DNA from: an uncultured Bacteroidales bacterium | GTDB taxonomy: Bacteria > Bacteroidota > Bacteroidia > Bacteroidales > CAIXZF01 | DNA: 64,000 nt | Assembly: GCA_964605655.1 (NCBI GenBank) | Contig: CAZSDK010000016.1 | Location: 27,455-91,454 of the forward strand | Direction of reading: 5' to 3' | Shown: piece after piece, positions 41,264 to 50,561 of the stretch | Layout of the letters: each line of letters starts with the position of its first letter | Numbering within the stretch: the stretch's first letter is position 1 | Made by a program: the position numbers and the translations under genes | Notes under the pieces: model-generated | Databases searched by the model: none | What the model saw: only the letters and a program-made list of their open reading frames with translations | What the model was told of the DNA's origin: nothing

Positions 41264-43286
41264 CCAGCATCACCAGGTTTAACAGCAGGCATCCGAGACA
41301 GACTGCCGATACACAAAAAACCCAGATTACGGATTCAGGCCGGTACCTGAATATCACTTCAGTGGTACCCTTTGGTATTTTCACCGACATGAAGACATCT
41401 TCCAGGACCCACAGCCTTTCCTTCGCTCCGTTGATCCTGACACTCCATCCAGAATAGTTGTTCTGTAACAGGCATAAGGTATCCGTAACCCCGGAGGTTA
41501 CTTCCATTTTCCAACAGTCAGGAGAAAAAGCGATTATTCGCGGTTTTATTCTTTCCTGCTGTTTCAGAAAAAAAGGCGGCTTTTGAATCAGACTGTCGAA
41601 AACTTCTTTTCTATAAAAAGCAAGATCTTCAAATTCCTTTAATGAAAAAGGGTTATACCCCTCATATCCAATTTTTTTGTAGAAACAATTCAGGTTCACC
41701 CATAGGTCCTTATAACTTTGAAAGGCATCGCGATTGTAGCATACAGGCCTGTCTTCCGGCGGAGGGAAATCCCTGGGACGTTGTATTAATCTCTGGTTGA
41801 GCTCTTTTACTGTAGTCCGGGAAGAATAAACAGTAAATGGACCATTGGCGTTGGCCATGATCACAAGGTCTAAGGCTGTGATCATCAATAAGACCATCAG
41901 AGGGTGAAGTTTTTTCCGGAAAGTCAATAAAAGCATGATTCCCAATAATGAAAGAATCATAAGCGCCATGATGTTTGCAAAGAGTCTTATGACCAAGGGT
42001 GAAGGAGTCCCCGCTTCCCCAGATATCATCCGAAGTGTTTCCGGGATAATTTCAGGTCTTCTGAATACAACAAAAATTCCCAAAGCCAACATGGTCATCG
42101 CACTAAGGATCAGGATTATACGCACCGATTTTCCGGAAGAAATTTCCGATTTTCGCCAATATTCCAGAGAATACCCCATGGCCACCAGGAACCCCAGTAT
42201 GGTAAACACCCTGAAAATGGCCGGCATCCGGAAATAATTCATCAGGGGGAGATGATGATAGAGAAAGGCTCTTACCGGAAGGAAATCCCCCAAAGCTGCC
42301 AAGAGGGAAAAGAGTCCGAATCCAAAGAAGATCCATTTCATGGCAGCGTCTTCCCTGAATAATGACCCAATCATCAGAATAAGAGGAAGGTACCCAAAAT
42401 AGATATTGGTCATGGAGGGGTCGGTTTGAAACCTTTGGGCATCGCCGACGACAGCCATGGGGAATACAAAGGAGATCAGGCTGGGTGGTGAAAATGGGCA
42501 TACCAGGGCTTGCAGGATCCCTGTTCCATCACCTCTGGTTATAAATGGAAGCGACTGATAGAAGGAAAGGAGGTAAGGTAAAGAAAGGACAGTACCTATC
42601 ATGGTGGCAACCAAAAGCAGGAAATAATATCCGGCTAAAGGTCTGGCGCCATCATTTCTAATTATGGCGATGGTTTTACAGAGAAGCAGCACCACCAGCA
42701 GATAGGCAAGAATGATGGTAAAACCCGGATAGCCACCTGTTATAACCAGCCAAAGGACCAGTGACAGGATGAGGGCCGCTTTCCAGCTCCTTTCATCGGA
42801 CAACCACAAGAAGCCTGCGATGCAAAAGGGGATCCAGCAACCACTGATCACAAAAGGAAGGTGCTGTGCATTCCCCACAAAAAAACCGGAACAGGAATAG
42901 CAAATACCCATCAAGGTGGCTGTGGCAGGGCTCATCTTTAAACGTAACCCCAGCCACCTCATGCCAAATCCTGCCATGACAATATGGAACAACCATTCGA
43001 AGGAAAGGCTGTAGAAATCATAACCGTACAAGGACCCGATGATCCAGACCGGCAGGTACCAGGCGCCGCTCTGTGGATCAGCATGGATGGGATATCCAAG
43101 GTTCTGATAAGGGTTCCAGAGAGGCAAAATTCCATGTTGCAGACAATCAGCTATATACGAACGCCAGGGCAAAGCGGTGGTGATGATGTCATAGACCAGG
43201 GGGTGCTTTCCAATACTTACAGGGAAAAAAGCAAATACAGGAATTATGACCAGCAGCAGCGCCTGAATCGAGGTCCTTAATCTCAT
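41208..43286 (-). CDS. YfhO-family membrane glycosyltransferase (GT-C)
   Basis: GILPLWNPYQNLGYPIHADPQ, polytopic core, C-terminal NNYSGWSVRING...V.IPKG....FRYRP; TATTTTTG promoter at 43306-43313. Confidence 0.8.
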   Translation of the reverse strand: MRLRTSIQALLLVIIPVFAFFPVSIGKHPLVYDIITTALPWRSYIADCLQHGILPLWNPYQNLGYPIHADPQSGAWYLPVWIIGSLYGYDFYSLSFEWLFHIVMAGFGMRWLGLRLKMSPATATLMGICYSCSGFFVGNAQHLPFVISGCWIPFCIAGFLWLSDERSWKAALILSLVLWLVITGGYPGFTIILAYLLVVLLLCKTIAIIRNDGARPLAGYYFLLLVATMIGTVLSLPYLLSFYQSLPFITRGDGTGILQALVCPFSPPSLISFVFPMAVVGDAQRFQTDPSMTNIYFGYLPLILMIGSLFREDAAMKWIFFGFGLFSLLAALGDFLPVRAFLYHHLPLMNYFRMPAIFRVFTILGFLVAMGYSLEYWRKSEISSGKSVRIILILSAMTMLALGIFVVFRRPEIIPETLRMISGEAGTPSPLVIRLFANIMALMILSLLGIMLLLTFRKKLHPLMVLLMITALDLVIMANANGPFTVYSSRTTVKELNQRLIQRPRDFPPPEDRPVCYNRDAFQSYKDLWVNLNCFYKKIGYEGYNPFSLKEFEDLAFYRKEVFDSLIQKPPFFLKQQERIKPRIIAFSPDCWKMEVTSGVTDTLCLLQNNYSGWSVRINGAKERLWVLEDVFMSVKIPKGTTEVIFRYRPESVIWVFCVSAVCLGCLLLNLVMLVIWPGRRWLKRPGPGRQG

Positions 43287-43380
43287 GATTATCTTTGAGT
43301 TCCTGCAAAAATAAGATGTTCCCTGATGAAGTGGTCGAATATTCAGAATTTTTTCTTAATTTTGAAGGAGGGAATAGGAG

Positions 43381-46300
43381 ATGAGACGGCTTTTTATTTT
43401 CGGTGCGTTGATCCTGCAGGCATTATCATTGCTTGCACAACCGGCTCCGTATTCCAACACGACCTGTGACTCAGCCACCCAGATCTGTTCCGGTCAGAAT
43501 TACGTCTATCCGGCCTGGTACAACAACCATCCCTCTGAAACAGGTCCTTATTATGGCTGTCTCAGTTCTCAACCTGACCCGGCCTGGTTTTATTTTGTGA
43601 TTGGGAATCCCGGTGATATTCATATTTATATGTTCTCAACTCCTAACAGAGATATCGACTTCATCTGCTGGGGCCCCTATGATTCCCTCTCTGAGGGCTG
43701 TGACGGCGGGTTGACACAGGCCAAGGTGATCGATTGCAGTTATTCCAGCTCATGGAATGAGACGTGTGACGTCCCCAACGGGATAGCGGGAAAATACTAT
43801 GTCTTATTGATCACCAACTTCTCAAAGCTGGAATGCACGGTCTCGTTATCTCAAAGCTACGGCATAGGGACCATGGTGTGCATCCAACCCCCTGCCATCA
43901 GCAGCAACAGCCCGCTCTGTGCCGGACAGACCATTCAGCTGACTGCCGGAAGCGTGAGCGGAGGCACCTATCAGTGGACAGGTCCCAACGGATTTTCATC
44001 CAGCCTCCAGAACCCGGTGATACCCGATGCGACCACTTCACATTCAGGTGTTTACACACTGGTCGTTTCAGTGGGCAGCGTGGTACTCAGTCCGGTCACT
44101 CTTTCCATTACCGTCAACCCGGCACCTGCCTTTCAAATCGTTCAGGATACTTCTATATGCTCCGGATCAACCATCGACCTGGGTGGGCCTTCGATGCCAG
44201 GATATAATTATACCTGGACCTCAAGTCCCCCCGGGTTCTCCTCTTCCCTGTCAAATCCAGCGGTTGCTCCTACTGTAAATACAAAATACTACCTCTCTGT
44301 CACCTCTGACCAGGGTTGTAACGGGGCTGACAGTGTTACGGTCCAGGTGAAACCTGTTCCTTATGCAAGTGTAGTACCTAACAGTACTGTATGCCAAGGT
44401 ACTTCAGTGCCCCTGGGAGGTCCACCCAACCCTTCCAATACCTATGCCTGGTCCTCAAACCCTCCGGGATTCACCAGCACCTCCTCCAACCCCACTGTAA
44501 CAGCCAATATCACTACCACCTACACTTTGACCGTCACTAACAATCAGGGATGTTCCAGGACCTACCAGGTAGTGCTTACCGTCAACCCGCTGCCTGCAGC
44601 CAATACGGGTCCTGCACAAAGTGGGTGCATTGGAACCGTCTTCGTTTTGGGAAGTTCCGCCATAACCGGGAACACTTACACCTGGACCTCCGACCCTACA
44701 GGGTTCACTTCGGCACTATCCAATCCGACCGTTACACCCATTATAACGACCACCTTCACACTGACTGAAACCATCACTGCCACTTCCTGTTCCAAAACAA
44801 ACACGGTCCTCATCACCATCCATCCGATGCCTGCCGCCATTACCGGACCGTCAGTGACACTTTGCCAGGGCAGTAGTGCAACCCTCGGAACAACAGCTGT
44901 TCCCGGCAATACCTACAGCTGGACTTCCACACCAAGCGGTTTTACTTCATCTTTGGCCAACCCAACTGTGACCCCTTCAGCTACCACTGTTTATCATTTA
45001 ACCGAAACAACATCCTTCGGATGCACAGCCACCAACAGTGTGACGGTGACTGTAAACCCTCTGCCCCAGGCGTATACCGGACCAAACACCCCGGTCTGCA
45101 AAGGCAGCTTTGTCACCCTGGGAGGAGCTCCGGTGCCTGGCAACACCTACCAGTGGTCTTCTATCCCTTCCGGTTTCTCATCTGCAATCTCCAATCCTCA
45201 GGTCTACCCAAATGTGAACACTACCTATACGCTGGTTGAGACCATATCATCGACAAATTGTTCTGCCTCGAATAGTGTCACTGTCACTGTTAACCCTCTT
45301 CCTGTCACACAAGTCATCCCGAACTCCTCCATCTGCGCAGGCACATCTATCTTCATTGGCGGTCCCAGCACTCCCGGGAACACCTACCAATGGACCTCCA
45401 TACCCTATGGATTTTTATCTGCCTCAGCGAATCCGCAAGTGAGTCCCCTGATCACCACTACGTATTTCCTTACACAAACCATTTCCGCAACAGGCTGCAC
45501 GAAACTTGCATCAGTAACCATCACTGTCAACCCGACTCCCGCTGCCTATACCGGACCCGATCAGACCATCTGTGCCGGGAGTCAGGTCACTATTGGCGGC
45601 CCACCGGTTTCGGGGAACGGATATTCATGGACGTCAAACCCTTCAGGATTTACTTCTCAGGTATCTAATCCATTAGTATCGCCTTCTGTTACAACCACAT
45701 ACACTTTAGTTGAGACCCATCTATCCAGCGGGTGCTTCGCTTCCCATTTTGTAAAAATAACGATCACCCCCCTGCCGCAGGTTTCTTTGTCTCCTTTCAC
45801 TCCCTTATGTAAAGATGCCCCTCCTCTTACACTATCAGGGGGGAATCCACCGGGGGGGACCTATTCAGGTACAGGAGTCACCTCTAATGTCTTTTACCCG
45901 TCAGTGGTGGGCCCGGGAAACTATCTCATCACCTATACCCTCATAGATCCTCAGGGTTGCAGCGGAACTGCGTTTCAATCGATACTGGTTCTAAATAAAC
46001 CCCGCATTTCAGGCACCATCAACTACCTGAACGGGGCCAATACCCCTCTCGACAGCACCAGGATCAGGATTCTGAGCCAGACCAATGTTCCGCTGGACTC
46101 AGTGAACACCAACAATACAGGCAATTATGCTTTCAACTGTCTCAACCCGGGGACCTACAAGATTCGAAGCTCCTGTAAGAAAAAATGGGGAGGAGGGAAT
46201 TCCCTCGATGCATTGCTCATTGCCCGTTATTCCGTTGGACTGATCAGTTTCAACTCCATGCAGATGAAAGCTGCCGATGTCAATGCCAGCGGATCCATCA

Positions 46301-46551
46301 ACGCAGGAGATTCCTACCTGGTCATGAGAAGATTTGCAGGCATGGTTACTACTTTCCCTGCAGGGGACTGGTGCTATTCAACCCATGACACAGTCATCGT
46401 CAACACCTCTGATATCATCGTTCAGGTGAAAGCGCTCTGTATAGGCGATGTCAACGGTTCCTATTCTCCTTACACAGCAAATAAAAGTTCTCTGAGTCCA
46501 TTCCTGTTCAGAAATTCTTGGATATTGGGATATTTGAAGAAGAATGACTGA
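43381..46551 (+). CDS. Secreted Cys-rich Ig-like repeat protein with C-terminal dockerin-like module
   Basis: Signal peptide (LLAQ), N-terminal CDSATQIC...DIDFICWGP domain, nine Ig-like units, NSLDALL...ADVNASGSINAGD...GDVNGSY. Confidence 0.8.
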   Translation: MRRLFIFGALILQALSLLAQPAPYSNTTCDSATQICSGQNYVYPAWYNNHPSETGPYYGCLSSQPDPAWFYFVIGNPGDIHIYMFSTPNRDIDFICWGPYDSLSEGCDGGLTQAKVIDCSYSSSWNETCDVPNGIAGKYYVLLITNFSKLECTVSLSQSYGIGTMVCIQPPAISSNSPLCAGQTIQLTAGSVSGGTYQWTGPNGFSSSLQNPVIPDATTSHSGVYTLVVSVGSVVLSPVTLSITVNPAPAFQIVQDTSICSGSTIDLGGPSMPGYNYTWTSSPPGFSSSLSNPAVAPTVNTKYYLSVTSDQGCNGADSVTVQVKPVPYASVVPNSTVCQGTSVPLGGPPNPSNTYAWSSNPPGFTSTSSNPTVTANITTTYTLTVTNNQGCSRTYQVVLTVNPLPAANTGPAQSGCIGTVFVLGSSAITGNTYTWTSDPTGFTSALSNPTVTPIITTTFTLTETITATSCSKTNTVLITIHPMPAAITGPSVTLCQGSSATLGTTAVPGNTYSWTSTPSGFTSSLANPTVTPSATTVYHLTETTSFGCTATNSVTVTVNPLPQAYTGPNTPVCKGSFVTLGGAPVPGNTYQWSSIPSGFSSAISNPQVYPNVNTTYTLVETISSTNCSASNSVTVTVNPLPVTQVIPNSSICAGTSIFIGGPSTPGNTYQWTSIPYGFLSASANPQVSPLITTTYFLTQTISATGCTKLASVTITVNPTPAAYTGPDQTICAGSQVTIGGPPVSGNGYSWTSNPSGFTSQVSNPLVSPSVTTTYTLVETHLSSGCFASHFVKITITPLPQVSLSPFTPLCKDAPPLTLSGGNPPGGTYSGTGVTSNVFYPSVVGPGNYLITYTLIDPQGCSGTAFQSILVLNKPRISGTINYLNGANTPLDSTRIRILSQTNVPLDSVNTNNTGNYAFNCLNPGTYKIRSSCKKKWGGGNSLDALLIARYSVGLISFNSMQMKAADVNASGSINAGDSYLVMRRFAGMVTTFPAGDWCYSTHDTVIVNTSDIIVQVKALCIGDVNGSYSPYTANKSSLSPFLFRNSWILGYLKKND
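44125..45774 (+). repeat. Seven tandem repeats of about 78-79 aa (P...C.G...LG....G.TY.W.S.P.GF.S..SNP.V.P..TT.Y.L)
   Basis: Visible in the translation; 1650 nt divided by 7 gives about 236 nt per unit. Confidence 0.9.
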
Positions 46552-46580
46552 GTCTTGCACCCCAACACTCACTTAGATTA

Positions 46581-47255
46581 ATGATTACAATGATGAAAGG
46601 AAATAAGATCCCTGCAATACTGTTGTTAAACCTCATGCTCCTGACAGGAATCTCAGGTTGTTACTCTCAGAATACCATTGCATCACCAGTGCCTGCCGAT
46701 CCTTTCATGGACAGGGTCCTTAAAGAGAGAAATCAGAAAGATGCAGAATTCAGGGACCCCAAAAAATCTCCTCTTCCTTCAGATGAAATATCTGATTTTC
46801 AAGGTCTCCAGTATTTCTCTTACCAGTCAAAGTACCGTGTCACTGCCAGTCTGGAGAGAATAGATCATCCTGCCGTTATCAAAATGAAAACCACCACGGA
46901 GAGAAGACCGGAGTACCTGACCTATGCTTACGCTCATTTTTTTCTGGATGGTGTTGAGTACAAACTGATGATCTACCAGCCTGTTGATTTCATGAACCAG
47001 AAAGGATTTGAAAAATACCTTTTTATGCCTTTCACGGATGCTACTTCAGGAATCCAGACATACGGGGGAGGAAGATTTATGGAGCTCACCATGGTAGAGA
47101 CAGACACCATCACTCTTGATTTCAACACGGCATTTAATCCGTATTGTGCTTATAACCACAAATATTCGTGCCCTGTTCCTCCCGAAGAGAACGATCTTCC
47201 TGTTCCCGTTCCTGTCGGCGAACTACCGTATAAACCGATAGGCCGGGAACATTGA
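46581..47255 (+). CDS. DUF1684 domain protein
   Basis: F.DPKKSPL, LFMPFTDATSG..TYGGGRF, LDFNTAFNPYCAY...YSCPVPP.EN. Confidence 0.92.
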   Translation: MITMMKGNKIPAILLLNLMLLTGISGCYSQNTIASPVPADPFMDRVLKERNQKDAEFRDPKKSPLPSDEISDFQGLQYFSYQSKYRVTASLERIDHPAVIKMKTTTERRPEYLTYAYAHFFLDGVEYKLMIYQPVDFMNQKGFEKYLFMPFTDATSGIQTYGGGRFMELTMVETDTITLDFNTAFNPYCAYNHKYSCPVPPEENDLPVPVPVGELPYKPIGREH

Positions 47256-47339
47256 CCATGCGGAGGCAACCTTCCGGTTTTCTATACATCTACCTTTTAA
47301 GTATTTTTGTAAGAGTAGTCTTCAAAAAACAAATAGGAA

Positions 47340-50300
47340 GTGATACATCGCTACTATTTATCAATTTTATTGATACTGTGCAGCATAGCCACTGCTTTCG
47401 CACAAATCAGTCTTACTTCTTCTACCGAGCAGAACACTGAATGCAATGGTTTTGGATGCAACTACAGTGGTCCGAGCATACTCATCAATGAGGTGATGAT
47501 AAGGCCTGTTTCGGGCAATGGATCAATTTATGGCTGGGAACCGGGAAGTTCTGCGTCTGCCAGGCAGGGTGAATGGATAGAGTTGTACAACCCTGATATC
47601 TGCCAGTCGGTGGATGTTTCCTGCTACTTCCTGGGCAATTGTGCCCACGACGGCTCCCCATTACAGTATTACGGCGCAGGATATGAGATCCCCCAGGGGA
47701 CGATCGTCCCTCCCCGGGGTTTTGTTATTGTCAGAGGGGTGAATGCGCCTGCTGTGCCTCCTGCTCTGCTGATCCAAAACGGTGGAAAAACGGTAGAACT
47801 TGTTATCAGCAACACTTCAGCCGTATGCCTGGATGGCGGATATCGCATGTGGTTCCCCGATGCCGGGGGGTGGTTCGCTTTTTATGATGATGAAGGAATC
47901 CCCCAGGATGCCATTTCCTGGTACAATCCCATGGCGCTGGAACTGAGTGACAGTCCGTGCAACCCTACCGGAAGCTGTCCCTATTCCGGAACGCTTTCCT
48001 CCTATAATAGTATCCCTTCGAACAGAAAAACCTATATTTACAGCAGTACCCCCTCTCTGGGACAGAGTGTCAGACGTATTCCCGACGGAGGTCCCTGGAT
48101 GGTTAATACCACAGCCAGCGCCACCTATGGGAACTGTAACTCGACTTGTATCCCTCCGCCGGTCATCACCTGTAATGGCACCGCCACCGTGTCAGCCAGC
48201 GGAGGAACTCCGCCATACAGCTATGAATGGTCCGACGGGCAGGCTCAGTCCACGCCCACTGCCACAGGTCTTTGTGGTGGATTGTATTGTGTGACCGTAA
48301 CCGATGCCCTTAACGATTCCAGTACCATCTGTGTCAGTGTTCCTGACTATAAACCGGAGGTATCGATGAGCTCTCTGTCTGATGTCTGTATCAGCGCCAG
48401 TCCGTTCCCTCTGACGGGTGGTTCACCACCCGGAGGGAAGTACCTGGGTGAAGGTATCGTTAACAATATCTTTAGTCCTTCCCTGGCTGGACCGGGAACC
48501 CATTGGATTCGCTATCGCTATGCAAACCAGGATTCATGCTGGAGTATGGACAGCACCCAGATTACGGTACACAGTCTTCCTACAGTGAGTCTGCCAGCCT
48601 TTCAGCCCCTCTGCTTTAACAGTGCGCCTCTGTCGCTCAACATGGCTGAGCCTTCTGGTGGCATCTACAGCGGTATCGGGGTCACAGGGAACTACTTCTT
48701 CCCGGCAGTGGCAGGCGTCGGAACGTATGCCATCACCTATACCTTTATTGACAATAATTCCTGCCAGAATACTGCTGTACAAAATATTACCGTGACGCCC
48801 ATACCCATGGCTTCGGCCGGTCTTGATCAGACTATCTGTCCGGGACACACTGCCGAACTTGGGGAACCTGCTGTCCCCGGGAACTCCTATTCCTGGACCT
48901 CACAGCCACCGGGTTTCACCTCCACCCTTTCAGACCCGGTTGTTTCACCCCTTGTTACCACCCAATACACCCTGACGGAGGTCATTAATGCTACCCAATG
49001 CAGTCAGACTCATTCAGTAACCGTTCAGGTGACAGCAGGACCCGTTGTCAACGCCGGCAGTGACCAGGGTATTTGTCCGGGAGGAACGGCAACCATTGGA
49101 TCTTCACCCATCGCCGGGTACACGTATTCCTGGTCATCGATTCCTGCGGGATTCTCCTCCACAGTTGCCAATCCAAGTGTGAGTCCTGCCGTCACCACCG
49201 TATACCAGGTCACTGCCACTACGGTTGACGGCTGTATCGGAACCAGCCAGGTGACCGTCACGGTCCACCCTGTTCCACAAGCCATAACTGGCAATAATAC
49301 CGGAATCTGTTCCGGTTCTTCCACAACGATCGGCATTCCGGCTGTCGCAGGCAACACCTACCTTTGGTCGTCCCTTCCTGCCGGGTTTTCGAGTACTCTT
49401 GCCAATCCTACGGTATCACCCAGTGTGACCACCAGTTATTTTCTGACCGTCACCAACGCTTTTGGCTGTTCCGGCGCCAGCCAGGTCACGGTCAGCATTC
49501 TACCCCTGCCTGCAGCTTATACCGGCCCGGGACAGAGCCTCTGTTCAGGGGGGCATGCCACCATCGGCGGACCTCCGGTTTCAGGCAACACCTATTCCTG
49601 GATATCCGCTCCCCCAGGGTTCCAGTCACAGGTTTCCAATCCCGTTGTCTACCCATCTGCAACGACCGTTTATACCCTCACCGAAACCAACCTCGCCACC
49701 GGCTGCAGCAATTCCCATTCTGTCACTATCGTTGTCAACCCTTTGCCCCAGGTAAGCCTCCAACCTTTTACACCTGTCTGCAAAAATGCAAGTCCCTTCC
49801 TGCTCTCCGGCGGGAATCCGGCCGGTGGAACCTATTCGGGGCCGGGCGTGTCCAATAATGTTTTTAATCCGACTTCGCTCAACCCGGGCTTGTACCTCAT
49901 CAGCTACATTTATTTCAATACATACGGATGCATGGGAGTAGCCTATCAACAGATTCAGGTACTCAACAAACCCAGGATCTCCGGCACGCTGGTCTACATG
50001 AACACCGCCTCAACACCACTCGACAGTTCAAAAATCAGGCTTTTTACCCAACAGAATGTTTTGGTCGATTCCGCTACTACCGGCAATAACGGGAGTTTTG
50101 CCATGAACTGCCTCAATCCCGGGAACTATAAACTACGGACCACTGTTCCCAAAAAGTGGGGAGGAGGGAATTCCATCGACGCCCTGCTCATTGCACGTTT
50201 TTCAGTCGGCATGATCAGCCTTACACCAATGCAACAGATGGTAGCTGATGTGAATGCCAGTGGCAGCCTCAATTCAGGGGACTCCTACCTCATCATGCGA

Positions 50301-50561
50301 AGGTACGTGGGAATCACCACCAGTTTTCCTTTCGGCGATTGGTATGCAGAACCTGTTGACACCCTGCTTATTACCACCAACGATCTGACGATTGCCCTTC
50401 ATGCCGCCTGTTTCGGGGATGTCAATTTTTCTTATGTGCCTTTTACCGGCATGAAATCAGGCATAGGGTCAATCAAACCCTGGATGTCCGCTACTCTCCA
50501 GGATATCCTTTTAACCAGGCTCCCCGGATCTGAAAAAAAGGGACTAATTCCCAGGCAGTAG
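47340..50561 (+). CDS. Secreted lamin-tail-domain/SprB/Ig-repeat protein with C-terminal dockerin-like module
   Basis: Signal peptide (AFAQ), ILINEVM...GEWIELYNP (LTD), SGGTPPYSYEWSDG (SprB-like), Ig units, NSIDALL...ADVNASGSLNSGD...GDVNFSY. Confidence 0.8.
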   Translation: MIHRYYLSILLILCSIATAFAQISLTSSTEQNTECNGFGCNYSGPSILINEVMIRPVSGNGSIYGWEPGSSASARQGEWIELYNPDICQSVDVSCYFLGNCAHDGSPLQYYGAGYEIPQGTIVPPRGFVIVRGVNAPAVPPALLIQNGGKTVELVISNTSAVCLDGGYRMWFPDAGGWFAFYDDEGIPQDAISWYNPMALELSDSPCNPTGSCPYSGTLSSYNSIPSNRKTYIYSSTPSLGQSVRRIPDGGPWMVNTTASATYGNCNSTCIPPPVITCNGTATVSASGGTPPYSYEWSDGQAQSTPTATGLCGGLYCVTVTDALNDSSTICVSVPDYKPEVSMSSLSDVCISASPFPLTGGSPPGGKYLGEGIVNNIFSPSLAGPGTHWIRYRYANQDSCWSMDSTQITVHSLPTVSLPAFQPLCFNSAPLSLNMAEPSGGIYSGIGVTGNYFFPAVAGVGTYAITYTFIDNNSCQNTAVQNITVTPIPMASAGLDQTICPGHTAELGEPAVPGNSYSWTSQPPGFTSTLSDPVVSPLVTTQYTLTEVINATQCSQTHSVTVQVTAGPVVNAGSDQGICPGGTATIGSSPIAGYTYSWSSIPAGFSSTVANPSVSPAVTTVYQVTATTVDGCIGTSQVTVTVHPVPQAITGNNTGICSGSSTTIGIPAVAGNTYLWSSLPAGFSSTLANPTVSPSVTTSYFLTVTNAFGCSGASQVTVSILPLPAAYTGPGQSLCSGGHATIGGPPVSGNTYSWISAPPGFQSQVSNPVVYPSATTVYTLTETNLATGCSNSHSVTIVVNPLPQVSLQPFTPVCKNASPFLLSGGNPAGGTYSGPGVSNNVFNPTSLNPGLYLISYIYFNTYGCMGVAYQQIQVLNKPRISGTLVYMNTASTPLDSSKIRLFTQQNVLVDSATTGNNGSFAMNCLNPGNYKLRTTVPKKWGGGNSIDALLIARFSVGMISLTPMQQMVADVNASGSLNSGDSYLIMRRYVGITTSFPFGDWYAEPVDTLLITTNDLTIALHAACFGDVNFSYVPFTGMKSGIGSIKPWMSATLQDILLTRLPGSEKKGLIPRQ
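48804..49745 (+). repeat. Four tandem repeats of about 78-79 aa, same type as in 44125-45774
   Basis: PMASAG..., PVVNAG..., PQAITG... and PAAYTG..., each containing YSW.S.P.GF.S..S/ANP.V.P. Confidence 0.9.

Noticed and set aside
45538-50440. Shared cassette as an insertion sequence or shufflon
   Set aside because: Direct, diverged protein-coding similarity with no terminal inverted repeats, recombinase or transposase
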